This document shows, piece by piece, positions 24,380-32,000 of a stretch of 32,000 bases of DNA. The notes beneath the pieces are model-generated. The model was given only the letters and a program-made list of their open reading frames with translations, ran no database searches and was not told where the DNA came from. The position numbers were made by a program, and so were the translations under genes. The stretch's first letter is position 1. Every line of letters starts with the position of its first letter. Location: assembly GCF_000011325.1 (NCBI RefSeq), contig NC_003450.3, positions 3,000,001 to 3,032,000 of the forward strand, given 5' to 3'. Source of the DNA: Corynebacterium glutamicum ATCC 13032. GTDB taxonomy: Bacteria > Actinomycetota > Actinomycetes > Mycobacteriales > Mycobacteriaceae.

Positions 24380-25357
24380 ATGAGCACCATAGAAGAGCGC
24401 ACTCCTGGAGCTGTCGCCACAGAACCAGTGGGACACGAAGGCGCACGCGTCAGCATTAATGAGAAGAACGTGTGGTCTTTGGGCGCAGGTCCAGCAGCTT
24501 TCGCACTGCTCGCAATGATTGTGCTCATGATTGCCAGTGGAGTTTTCTTCGCTCAATCCATCAACACTTTAGAAAACGATGGCGGTGGAACACTTGCGGT
24601 TACGGGACTGATTGCCAGCATCGTCGTTTTCACTGTTGCATTGGTGGTCACCATAACTTCGGTGAAGGTGGTCAGCCCTGGACATACTCTGACTGTGCAG
24701 TTCTTTGGACGATACATCGGAACCCTGCGTCGAACTGGGTTGTCTTTCGTTCCCCCACTGTCTGTGACGAAGAAAGTGTCCGTGAGGGTCCGAAACTTTG
24801 AAACCAACGAAGCCAAAGTTAATGACTACAACGGCAACCCCATCAACATTGCAGCGATCATCGTGTGGCAGGTAGCCGATACTGCACAGGCTAGCTTCTC
24901 TGTGGAGGATTTCGAAGAGTTCCTGCACCAGCAGGCCGAGTCCGCACTGCGTCACGTGGCAACCCAGCACCCCTATGATTCCCCAGTTGATGGTCGTGTT
25001 TCCTTGCGTGGCGCTACCGATGAGGTCAGTGAAGAACTCGCAGATGAGGTGGCACAACGAGCAGCTGTTGCAGGTCTTGAAATCGTCGAAGCCCGCATCT
25101 CTTCCTTGAGCTACGCACCGGAAATTGCCCAGGCGATGCTGCAGCGCCAGCAGGCTTCCGCGATTGTTGATGCCCGCGAAAAGATCGTCGAGGGCGCTGT
25201 CACCATGGTGGAAACCGCACTTGACCAGCTTGAGCAACGTGAAATTGTGGATTTGGATCCAGAGCGACGCGCCGCGATGGTTTCCAACCTGTTGGTTGTG
25301 TTGTGTTCCGACACCAATGCTCAGCCAATCGTCAACGCCGGTAGCCTCTACCAATAA
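24380..25357 (+). CDS. SPFH/band-7 (stomatin/prohibitin-like) membrane protein
   Basis: 325-aa ORF with two N-terminal TM segments followed by an SPFH-like domain and a coiled Ala/Gln-rich region ([10 protein letters not shown]). AAGGAG RBS at 24367-24372. Confidence 0.88.
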   Translation: MSTIEERTPGAVATEPVGHEGARVSINEKNVWSLGAGPAAFALLAMIVLMIASGVFFAQSINTLENDGGGTLAVTGLIASIVVFTVALVVTITSVKVVSPGHTLTVQFFGRYIGTLRRTGLSFVPPLSVTKKVSVRVRNFETNEAKVNDYNGNPINIAAIIVWQVADTAQASFSVEDFEEFLHQQAESALRHVATQHPYDSPVDGRVSLRGATDEVSEELADEVAQRAAVAGLEIVEARISSLSYAPEIAQAMLQRQQASAIVDAREKIVEGAVTMVETALDQLEQREIVDLDPERRAAMVSNLLVVLCSDTNAQPIVNAGSLYQ

Positions 25358-25361
25358 GACA

Positions 25362-25556
25362 ATGGCCCGCAAACAGGTGCCACTGCGCCTTGATCCGGCA
25401 GTCTACGACGCAATCGCGAAGTGGGCTGCCGATGAAGCTCGCAGCACTAATGCACAAATTGAAATGATGCTCAGGGAACAATTGCGCAAGGCTGGTCGGT
25501 TGCCTAAAAATATTGGGGATATCCCGAGACCCGGCCGCCCCAAGGAGAATCCATGA
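25362..25556 (+). CDS. Ribbon-helix-helix (Arc/CopG-like) DNA-binding protein, 64 aa
   Basis: It is the in-frame ATG inside track ORF 25125..25556. MARKQVPLRLDPAVYDAIAKWAADEARSTNAQIEMMLREQL has the beta-alpha-alpha RHH pattern. Its stop overlaps the tag start as ATGA. Confidence 0.6.
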   Translation: MARKQVPLRLDPAVYDAIAKWAADEARSTNAQIEMMLREQLRKAGRLPKNIGDIPRPGRPKENP

Positions 25557-26143
25557 GTTCATTAATCGTTGGCACGGACGGCCTCAGTCGCCCGAGTTGG
25601 GCTGCGCAAGATCCCCTGATGCGCGATTATTACGACACCGAGTGGGGAATGCCGATTCGCGATGAACAGGGATTATTCGAAAGAGTTAGTCTGGAAGCTT
25701 TTCAATCCGGGCTGTCCTGGGCGACGATTTTGCGCAAGCGCGATAGTTTCCGCGCAGCTTTCTCTCAGTTTGATCCGGAATTAGTCGCAAAATTCACCGA
25801 TGCTGACATCGAACGCCTCATGGAGGACGCCGGCATCGTGCGCAACAAACGTAAAATTTTGGCCACCATTAACAACGCCAAAGCCACCCTTCAATTGCGT
25901 GAGAAGGGTGGCTTGGTGGAATTTGTATGGGGTTTCAAACCGATTGATACCCCACAGCCGGAGACCCTGGAGGAGATTCCGACGCAGTCGCCGGAGTCAG
26001 TTGCACTGTCTAAGGCGCTGAAGAAGGAAGGTTTTTCCTTCGTTGGTCCCACGACGATGTTTGCCCTTATGGAAGCCATAGGAATCGTCGACACCCATTT
26101 GGTGGGCAGCCATCGCCGCGGAAGTTCTGGGGTGTGGGCTTAG
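25553..26143 (+). CDS. tag: DNA-3-methyladenine glycosylase I
   Basis: 196-aa ORF. DPLMRDYYDTEWGMP and the LEAFQSGLSW region are typical of Tag. Confidence 0.9.
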   Translation: MSSLIVGTDGLSRPSWAAQDPLMRDYYDTEWGMPIRDEQGLFERVSLEAFQSGLSWATILRKRDSFRAAFSQFDPELVAKFTDADIERLMEDAGIVRNKRKILATINNAKATLQLREKGGLVEFVWGFKPIDTPQPETLEEIPTQSPESVALSKALKKEGFSFVGPTTMFALMEAIGIVDTHLVGSHRRGSSGVWA

Positions 26144-27300
26144 GAAATCAGCCAGTCGTTTGGTGCGAAGAGCTCGAAGTTTACGTCGCGAGGCTGCTCA
26201 TCGAGCGCCTCGATCTGCTCACGCACGTTCTTCAAGAATTCCACGCCACCGCACAGGTACACGGACGCACCTGATGGAATGCGGCCAGCGACCTCGAGCC
26301 ACTGGTCGTTGTCGCGGTAGAAGATTTCAAACGCAGCCTTAGGGAGCTTTTCGACGAGCCCCTGCACTTCCTCCACCTGCGCGTAGGTGGACTCGGCCTG
26401 GTCAGCATGCAAAACCACAACGTCACGTTCAGGGTTCATACCTGCGAGCATGCCCACCATTGGGGTGGAGCCGATGCCCTGGGAAATCAGCACAACTGGA
26501 TTGGTGTCCTTGTTAAGAACCAGGTCGCCGGCCGCGATGGTGGCTTCAATCTTGTCACCAACGGATACGCGATCACGCAGGAATCCAGAAACCTCGCCGT
26601 TATCCTCAACCGCAATGCGGTACTCGGTGTCGGAGCCGCCGAGCAAGCTGTACTGGCGCAGCTGGCGGGCGCCGTCGTCAAGCACTACTCCGATGGAGGT
26701 GTACTGACCTGGCTCTGGGGCAACCAGCTCACCTGCCAGGGTGTATTCCCAGACGGTTGCGCTGAGCTGCTTCTTCGCGGTCACGGTGACTTCGCGGAAG
26801 ACGTCGCCAGGCTCCAGATCGTTGGAAGCATAAAGGTTGTTCTCAAAACCGATCAGCACATTTGCCATGATCCAGTAGACAGCATCCCAGGCTTCAGCGA
26901 CAGGTGCGGTGACAGTTTCCGCTCCCAAAACCTCAACGATTGCGGCGAACAGGTGCTCGTGAACAATGTCGTACTGATCAGCAGTAATGCCGAGGGACAC
27001 GTGCTTGTGGCCAATGCGGGACAGCAGCTGAACTGGGTCAGGAGCATCAGGAGTAACGAGCATGGTGGCAAACGTTGCAATCGAAGCCGCCAGCGCCTTC
27101 TGCTGATCGCCTTGCTTCTGATTGCCACGGTTGAAGGTGTTAGCGATCAATTCTGGGTGAGCCGCAAACATCTTGTTGTAGAAAACCGGCGTGATCTCAT
27201 TAATCTTGCCGCCCACGAGAGGAAGCGTTGCTTTGATCACCTCTGCGTGTTCTGCCGAGAGTGCGCTGCGATCAGTAATGGGCTGGGTGGAAACGATCAA
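26140..27300 (-). CDS. hmp: Flavohemoglobin (NO dioxygenase)
   Basis: N-terminal globin (VIKATLPLVG ... FNRGNQ), FAD motif RQYSL and NAD motif GIGSTPM. The TTG start at 27300 is the only in-frame start upstream of the globin core. Confidence 0.92.
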   Translation of the reverse strand: MIVSTQPITDRSALSAEHAEVIKATLPLVGGKINEITPVFYNKMFAAHPELIANTFNRGNQKQGDQQKALAASIATFATMLVTPDAPDPVQLLSRIGHKHVSLGITADQYDIVHEHLFAAIVEVLGAETVTAPVAEAWDAVYWIMANVLIGFENNLYASNDLEPGDVFREVTVTAKKQLSATVWEYTLAGELVAPEPGQYTSIGVVLDDGARQLRQYSLLGGSDTEYRIAVEDNGEVSGFLRDRVSVGDKIEATIAAGDLVLNKDTNPVVLISQGIGSTPMVGMLAGMNPERDVVVLHADQAESTYAQVEEVQGLVEKLPKAAFEIFYRDNDQWLEVAGRIPSGASVYLCGGVEFLKNVREQIEALDEQPRDVNFELFAPNDWLIS

Positions 27301-27350
27301 GGGGTTTTCGCCTTTCCATGCTTCATGGGCTAATTTCTACGGATTTAATC

Positions 27351-27360
27351 TAATTAAATA
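27351..27360. promoter_or_regulatory. TAATTAAATA box in the hmp promoter region (possible ArnR-type operator)
   Basis: The sequence is read directly. It fits the TA(A/T)TTAA(A/T)TA inverted repeat I recall for the C. glutamicum ArnR repressor of hmp and narK; that recollection is unverified. Confidence 0.35.
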
Positions 27361-27561
27361 AATCCCAGGATCCAAGCAATTTGGCCTTAATATGATGGCA
27401 ATCACTAATTGGAAAAATGTTTAAACGGGCATTAAAAACGGATTCAACCGGGTTTAATGCCGTTTTATCGCTATTTAATACAGGCCTACCCCCACTACCC
27501 CCATTCAGTTCAGGGAATCCCCGGATTTAAAACAATTAAAAACCCTCTAGAATGAGACATT

Positions 27562-28167
27562 ATGGGCGAACAATTTCCAGGCGATAAAAACATCCGAGTC
27601 AGCGACACCGAAAGATCAGCAGCACTAGCAGCACTCGGCCAGTTCTACGCAGAAGGTCGCCTCTCCCTAGAAGAAACCGACGACCGCTGCGAAGCCGTCG
27701 CCGACGCCAAAACCCGCGGCGACCTCAACGCCATCTTCTACGATCTGCCCAACCAACAAATCGCAGTCGTCGACCGCTCCGAACAAACCTACACAGCCAC
27801 CGAAGTTGCCGAACTCCACCGCAAAGGCGCACGCCCACGCGCCGGAATCCTCGGACTCACCACAGTTTTAGCCATCACCGGTACCGCTGCTTTCGCCAGC
27901 ACCACAGCTTTTGCAACAGTACTTTTAGCCCTGATTCCGATCGTGTTCATCATGCTGTACGTGATGAAAATTGGTCCTGAATCCTGGCACGCACCAACAC
28001 CTCGCCAACTTCAGCGAAAGCGCATGATCGAACTGCGTGAAAAGGAAAAACTCCGCGACATGGAGCTCAAAGCCCAGCGCAAGGAACGCACCCACGCATT
28101 AACCAACCGCGCGTTGGATGCTGCTGAAACTGCTTTCAACACCAAGCCCTGGAAGAAGAACAAATAG
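27562..28167 (+). CDS. DUF1707 (SHOCT-like) domain membrane protein
   Basis: IRVSDTERSAALAALGQFYAEGRLSLEETDDRCEAVADAKTRGDLNAIFYDLP is the DUF1707 signature. It is followed by two TM helices and a basic tail. Confidence 0.75.
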   Translation: MGEQFPGDKNIRVSDTERSAALAALGQFYAEGRLSLEETDDRCEAVADAKTRGDLNAIFYDLPNQQIAVVDRSEQTYTATEVAELHRKGARPRAGILGLTTVLAITGTAAFASTTAFATVLLALIPIVFIMLYVMKIGPESWHAPTPRQLQRKRMIELREKEKLRDMELKAQRKERTHALTNRALDAAETAFNTKPWKKNK

Positions 28168-28268
28168 GGCTTTTGAAGTGTGTCGCGTGTGCGGACTGAA
28201 ATAGTTTCCGCTTCAACTTGGTTGCTAAGGATAGGCTCCATAAAAATAACCAAAGGCGGAAAATTTCA

Positions 28269-28895
28269 ATGTCACACACTAAGCCATCCATTGCCATCCT
28301 CGGTGCTGGCCGAGTGGGTTCTTCACTTGCCAGGTCAGCGGTCGCCGCAGGCTATGAGGTAAAGGTTGCTGGTTCAGGTGCTGTGGACAAAATCGCTCTT
28401 ACCGCTGAGATCCTTATGCCCGGCGCGGTTCCAAGCACTGCTGACCAGGCTGTAAAGGATGCAGATATTGTGTTCTTGGCTGTTCCCCTGCATAAATTCC
28501 GCAGTGTCAATCCAGCCACTTTAGAGGGCAAGATCGTTATTGACACGATGAACCACTGGGTTCCGGTCAATGGTGAGTTGGAGGAAATTGATCAGGATCC
28601 GCGCAGCACTTCGGAGATTATTGCGGAGTTTTTCGCGGGATCAACCATGGTGAAGTCTTTTAACCACATTGGTTATCACGAGATTGAGCAGGATGCGGGT
28701 ACCGGGCGTGCGATTGCGTATGCCACGGATGATGTGGATGCAGGTGCCCAGGTTGCACAGCTAATTAAGAGTTTTGGGTTTGTTCCTTTAAATATTGGCG
28801 CATTGGAAAACGGCCGTATTCTGGAACCTGGCCAAGAAGCTTTCGGCGCGCACCTTAATAAAGATTCGCGCCTAGAACTTGTTAATCAGCGGTAG
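28269..28895 (+). CDS. NAD(P)-binding oxidoreductase (F420-dependent NADP reductase-like / COG2085 family)
   Basis: Rossmann motif ILGAGRVGSS at the N-terminus. I chose the ATG at 28269 (MSHTKPS), preceded by AAAGGCGGA, over the track start at 28218. Confidence 0.72.
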   Translation: MSHTKPSIAILGAGRVGSSLARSAVAAGYEVKVAGSGAVDKIALTAEILMPGAVPSTADQAVKDADIVFLAVPLHKFRSVNPATLEGKIVIDTMNHWVPVNGELEEIDQDPRSTSEIIAEFFAGSTMVKSFNHIGYHEIEQDAGTGRAIAYATDDVDAGAQVAQLIKSFGFVPLNIGALENGRILEPGQEAFGAHLNKDSRLELVNQR

Positions 28896-29675
28896 TACCT
28901 CGATCTTCAGCCAACCTCGCGACATGGAGCGCGAGGTAGGTTTGCTCGTCGGAGGAAAGTTCGGCACCCAATCGAAGGCTGAGGATTTGGCTGAGTCTTT
29001 CCGCACATGCCACCGAATCCGGGTGGGAAATTTCTAGGCTGTTGCGCAGCACGGACATGCCGTCGTTGAGTTGTCCGTCGTGGTGAACGCGAACAAAGAA
29101 GTAGCGCATGTGGGTGATAAACCGTGCGGCGTTGACGGATTGTCGGTCAAGGGTGATGCCAAACGAGGAATCGATTACCTCAAAGAGCTGCTCGAAAACG
29201 CCAGTCATCACGTAGGTTTCTGCGAGGTCTTCCGTGCGGAAACCAGCATTAACCAGGTGTAATGAGATGGCTACAACTTCCGCTGGTGGCAGCGGAGGGA
29301 TCCCTTTTTCAGCAAGCCAATTGTTGGTGCGTTCCAGGATCTCCGTTGCAAGACGAGTTTCCTCAGGATACAAATGATGCACTTCTGCGCTTAATGGGTT
29401 GGGGTTGGACGTCAGCTCGGGTTCCAACTCATTACGTTTCACCGCCATTTGAAGGTGATCCGCCAACGCCACCACCGTGGTACTTCCGCCAGCAAGCTGA
29501 CCGTATGATCAGCGTCGCGGTTATTTTCTGGCACAAACACCTGCGCCACTTTGGACTAATCAATATCTTCACCTGGTTTTTTCTGGAAACCCACACCTCA
29601 TCCGGTCAGTACCACCTCGGCACCGTCTTTCATGGCAAGCACAACATTATTGTTGAGCACTCTCAACCCTTTCAC
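28882..29675 (-). pseudogene. bglG: BglG/LicT-family PRD antiterminator, inactivated
   Basis: My translation from the GTG at 29675 gives a CAT-domain sequence VKGLRVLNNNVVLAMKDGAEVVLTG*GVGFQKKPGEDID*SKV, with in-frame TGA (29600-29598) and TAG (29558-29556). An out-of-frame deletion then leads into the 197-aa PRD ORF (28882-29475). Confidence 0.85.
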
Positions 29676-29699
29676 CGAAGTGACACCTACCTTTATTTC

Positions 29700-30371
<672 letters not shown>

Positions 30372-30374
<3 letters not shown>

Positions 30375-30577
30375 GTCGCAGTCCTTCACGATTCAAACTT
30401 TGCCTTCCGCTACGCCTTCCACCTGATCATCATAGAAGACGGTGAAGTAACAGCAGCCGGAGATCCCACAGAGATCGTCACTGCGGGACTGATCGAAGAA
30501 GTCTACAACGTCAAAGCCTGTGCATCCCAGACCCCGTGAACAGCAAACCGATGATCGTGCCACTGGAAAGATCTTAG
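30372..30577 (+). pseudogene. 3'-terminal fragment of an iron-siderophore-type ABC ATPase (FepC/FecE-like) with a frameshift
   Basis: LVAVLHDSNFAFRYAFHLIIIEDGEVTAAGDPTEIVTAGLIEEVYNVKA matches the H-loop-to-C-terminus of FepC-like ATPases. The tail IPDPVNSKPMIVPLERS* continues in another frame from 30524. No Walker A/B region is present. Confidence 0.7.
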
Positions 30578-30669
30578 GCAGCCGTGGGATTACACCCTTT
30601 TAGAGCTAGAACAGTAAAAATTCACCCAATAGCTTTCAACTACGCACACAAAGTGGCAACATTGAGCGG

Positions 30670-31983
30670 GTGACTACAGACAAGCGCAAAACCTCTAAGA
30701 CCACCGACACCGCCAACAAGGCTGTGGGCGCGGATCAGGCAGCGCGTCCCACTCGGCGAACAACTCGCCGCATCTTCGATCAGTCGGAGAAGATGAAGGA
30801 CGTGCTGTACGAGATCCGTGGCCCGGTGGCCGCGGAGGCGGAACGCATGGAGCTTGATGGGCATAACATCTTAAAGCTCAACACGGGAAATCCAGCCGTG
30901 TTCGGATTCGATGCCCCCGACGTGATTATGCGTGACATGATCGCCAACCTTCCAACTTCCCAAGGGTATTCCACCTCCAAAGGCATTATTCCGGCCCGGC
31001 GAGCAGTGGTCACCCGCTACGAAGTTGTGCCCGGATTCCCCCACTTCGATGTTGATGATGTGTTCTTAGGCAACGGTGTCTCAGAACTAATCACCATGAC
31101 CACCCAAGCACTCCTCAACGACGGCGATGAAGTTCTTATCCCCGCACCGGACTACCCACTGTGGACTGCCGCAACCTCCCTGGCTGGTGGTAAGCCTGTG
31201 CACTACCTCTGTGATGAGGAAGATGACTGGAACCCATCCATCGAAGACATCAAGTCCAAAATCTCAGAGAAAACCAAAGCTATTGTGGTGATCAACCCCA
31301 ACAACCCCACGGGAGCTGTCTACCCGCGCCGGGTGTTGGAACAAATCGTCGAGATTGCACGCGAGCATGACCTGCTGATTTTGGCCGATGAAATCTACGA
31401 CCGCATTCTCTACGATGATGCCGAGCACATCAGCCTGGCAACCCTTGCACCAGATCTCCTTTGCATCACATACAACGGTCTATCCAAGGCATACCGCGTC
31501 GCAGGATACCGAGCTGGCTGGATGGTATTGACTGGACCAAAGCAATACGCACGTGGATTTATTGAGGGCCTCGAACTCCTCGCAGGCACTCGACTCTGCC
31601 CAAATGTCCCAGCTCAGCACGCTATTCAGGTAGCTCTCGGTGGACGCCAGTCCATCTACGACCTCACTGGCGAACACGGCCGACTCCTGGAACAGCGCAA
31701 CATGGCATGGACGAAACTCAACGAAATCCCAGGTGTCAGCTGTGTGAAACCAATGGGAGCTCTATACGCGTTCCCCAAGCTCGACCCCAACGTGTACGAA
31801 ATCCACGACGACACCCAACTCATGCTGGATCTTCTCCGTGCCGAGAAAATCCTCATGGTTCAGGGCACTGGCTTCAACTGGCCACATCACGATCACTTCC
31901 GAGTGGTCACCCTGCCATGGGCATCCCAGTTGGAAAACGCAATTGAGCGCCTGGGTAACTTCCTGTCCACTTACAAGCAGTAG
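30670..31983 (+). CDS. alaT: Class I PLP-dependent aminotransferase (alanine aminotransferase type)
   Basis: 437-aa ORF with a GTG start. PLP-lysine motif LSKAYRVAGYRAGW and the NPNNPTG motif. Confidence 0.9.
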   Translation: MTTDKRKTSKTTDTANKAVGADQAARPTRRTTRRIFDQSEKMKDVLYEIRGPVAAEAERMELDGHNILKLNTGNPAVFGFDAPDVIMRDMIANLPTSQGYSTSKGIIPARRAVVTRYEVVPGFPHFDVDDVFLGNGVSELITMTTQALLNDGDEVLIPAPDYPLWTAATSLAGGKPVHYLCDEEDDWNPSIEDIKSKISEKTKAIVVINPNNPTGAVYPRRVLEQIVEIAREHDLLILADEIYDRILYDDAEHISLATLAPDLLCITYNGLSKAYRVAGYRAGWMVLTGPKQYARGFIEGLELLAGTRLCPNVPAQHAIQVALGGRQSIYDLTGEHGRLLEQRNMAWTKLNEIPGVSCVKPMGALYAFPKLDPNVYEIHDDTQLMLDLLRAEKILMVQGTGFNWPHHDHFRVVTLPWASQLENAIERLGNFLSTYKQ

Positions 31984-32000
31984 TAGTTGTTAGGATTCAC

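Noticed and set aside
25125-25361. N-terminal 79 codons of track ORF 25125-25556
   Set aside because: It overlaps the SPFH gene out of frame and gives a Ser/Arg/Pro-rich translation. Only the part from the ATG at 25362 has a protein-like RHH sequence.
24569-25372. 267-aa minus-strand ORF opposite the SPFH gene
   Set aside because: It is an antisense shadow with no RBS or motifs, and the SPFH frame has a strong AAGGAG RBS and domain features.
26407-27333. 308-aa plus-strand ORF opposite hmp
   Set aside because: It is an antisense shadow of a gene with clear globin, FAD and NAD motifs.

Overview
High-GC actinobacterial chromosome. Gene content and order match my recollection of Corynebacterium glutamicum, roughly the cg3113-cg3149 region, but I could not run a database search. 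Every protein call rests on motifs read from the supplied translations plus manual translation of unlisted frames.

Left to right:
- Assimilatory sulfate-reduction operon on the minus strand (cysY' partial, cysN, cysD, cysH, cysX, cysI), divergent from fpr2, with TAGAC-N6-GTCTA operators in between.
- A low-GC Fic (AMPylase-type) gene bracketed by 41-nt direct repeats of a terminator hairpin.
- Small membrane, VOC/PhnB-like and SRPBCC-like genes.
- tctCBA tripartite tricarboxylate transporter.
- Two tandem paralogous orphan ABC/SMC-like ATPases.
- An MFS permease and an M20 peptidase.
- A membrane protein with a 234-aa Pro-Gly repeat region fused to a His-bearing, cytochrome-b-like 5-6 TM domain.
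- A co-directional nucleoside hydrolase, NfsA-like nitroreductase and ECF transporter (S, T, fused A-A') cluster.
- SPFH protein, a hidden RHH gene and tag, then hmp, a DUF1707 protein and an NADP-oxidoreductase-like gene.
- A decayed bglA'-bglG' beta-glucoside locus fused to the tail of an ABC ATPase gene, then alaT.

No rRNA, tRNA, CRISPR array or transposase was seen.

Most noteworthy:
- the repeat-flanked Fic insertion;
- the hydrolase/nitroreductase/ECF cluster, which has an internally asymmetric ATPase and a structured leader;
- the tandem orphan ATPases;
- the PG-repeat/cytochrome-b fusion;
- a double TGATATCA operator upstream of the SPFH-RHH-tag genes;
- the bgl deletion scar.
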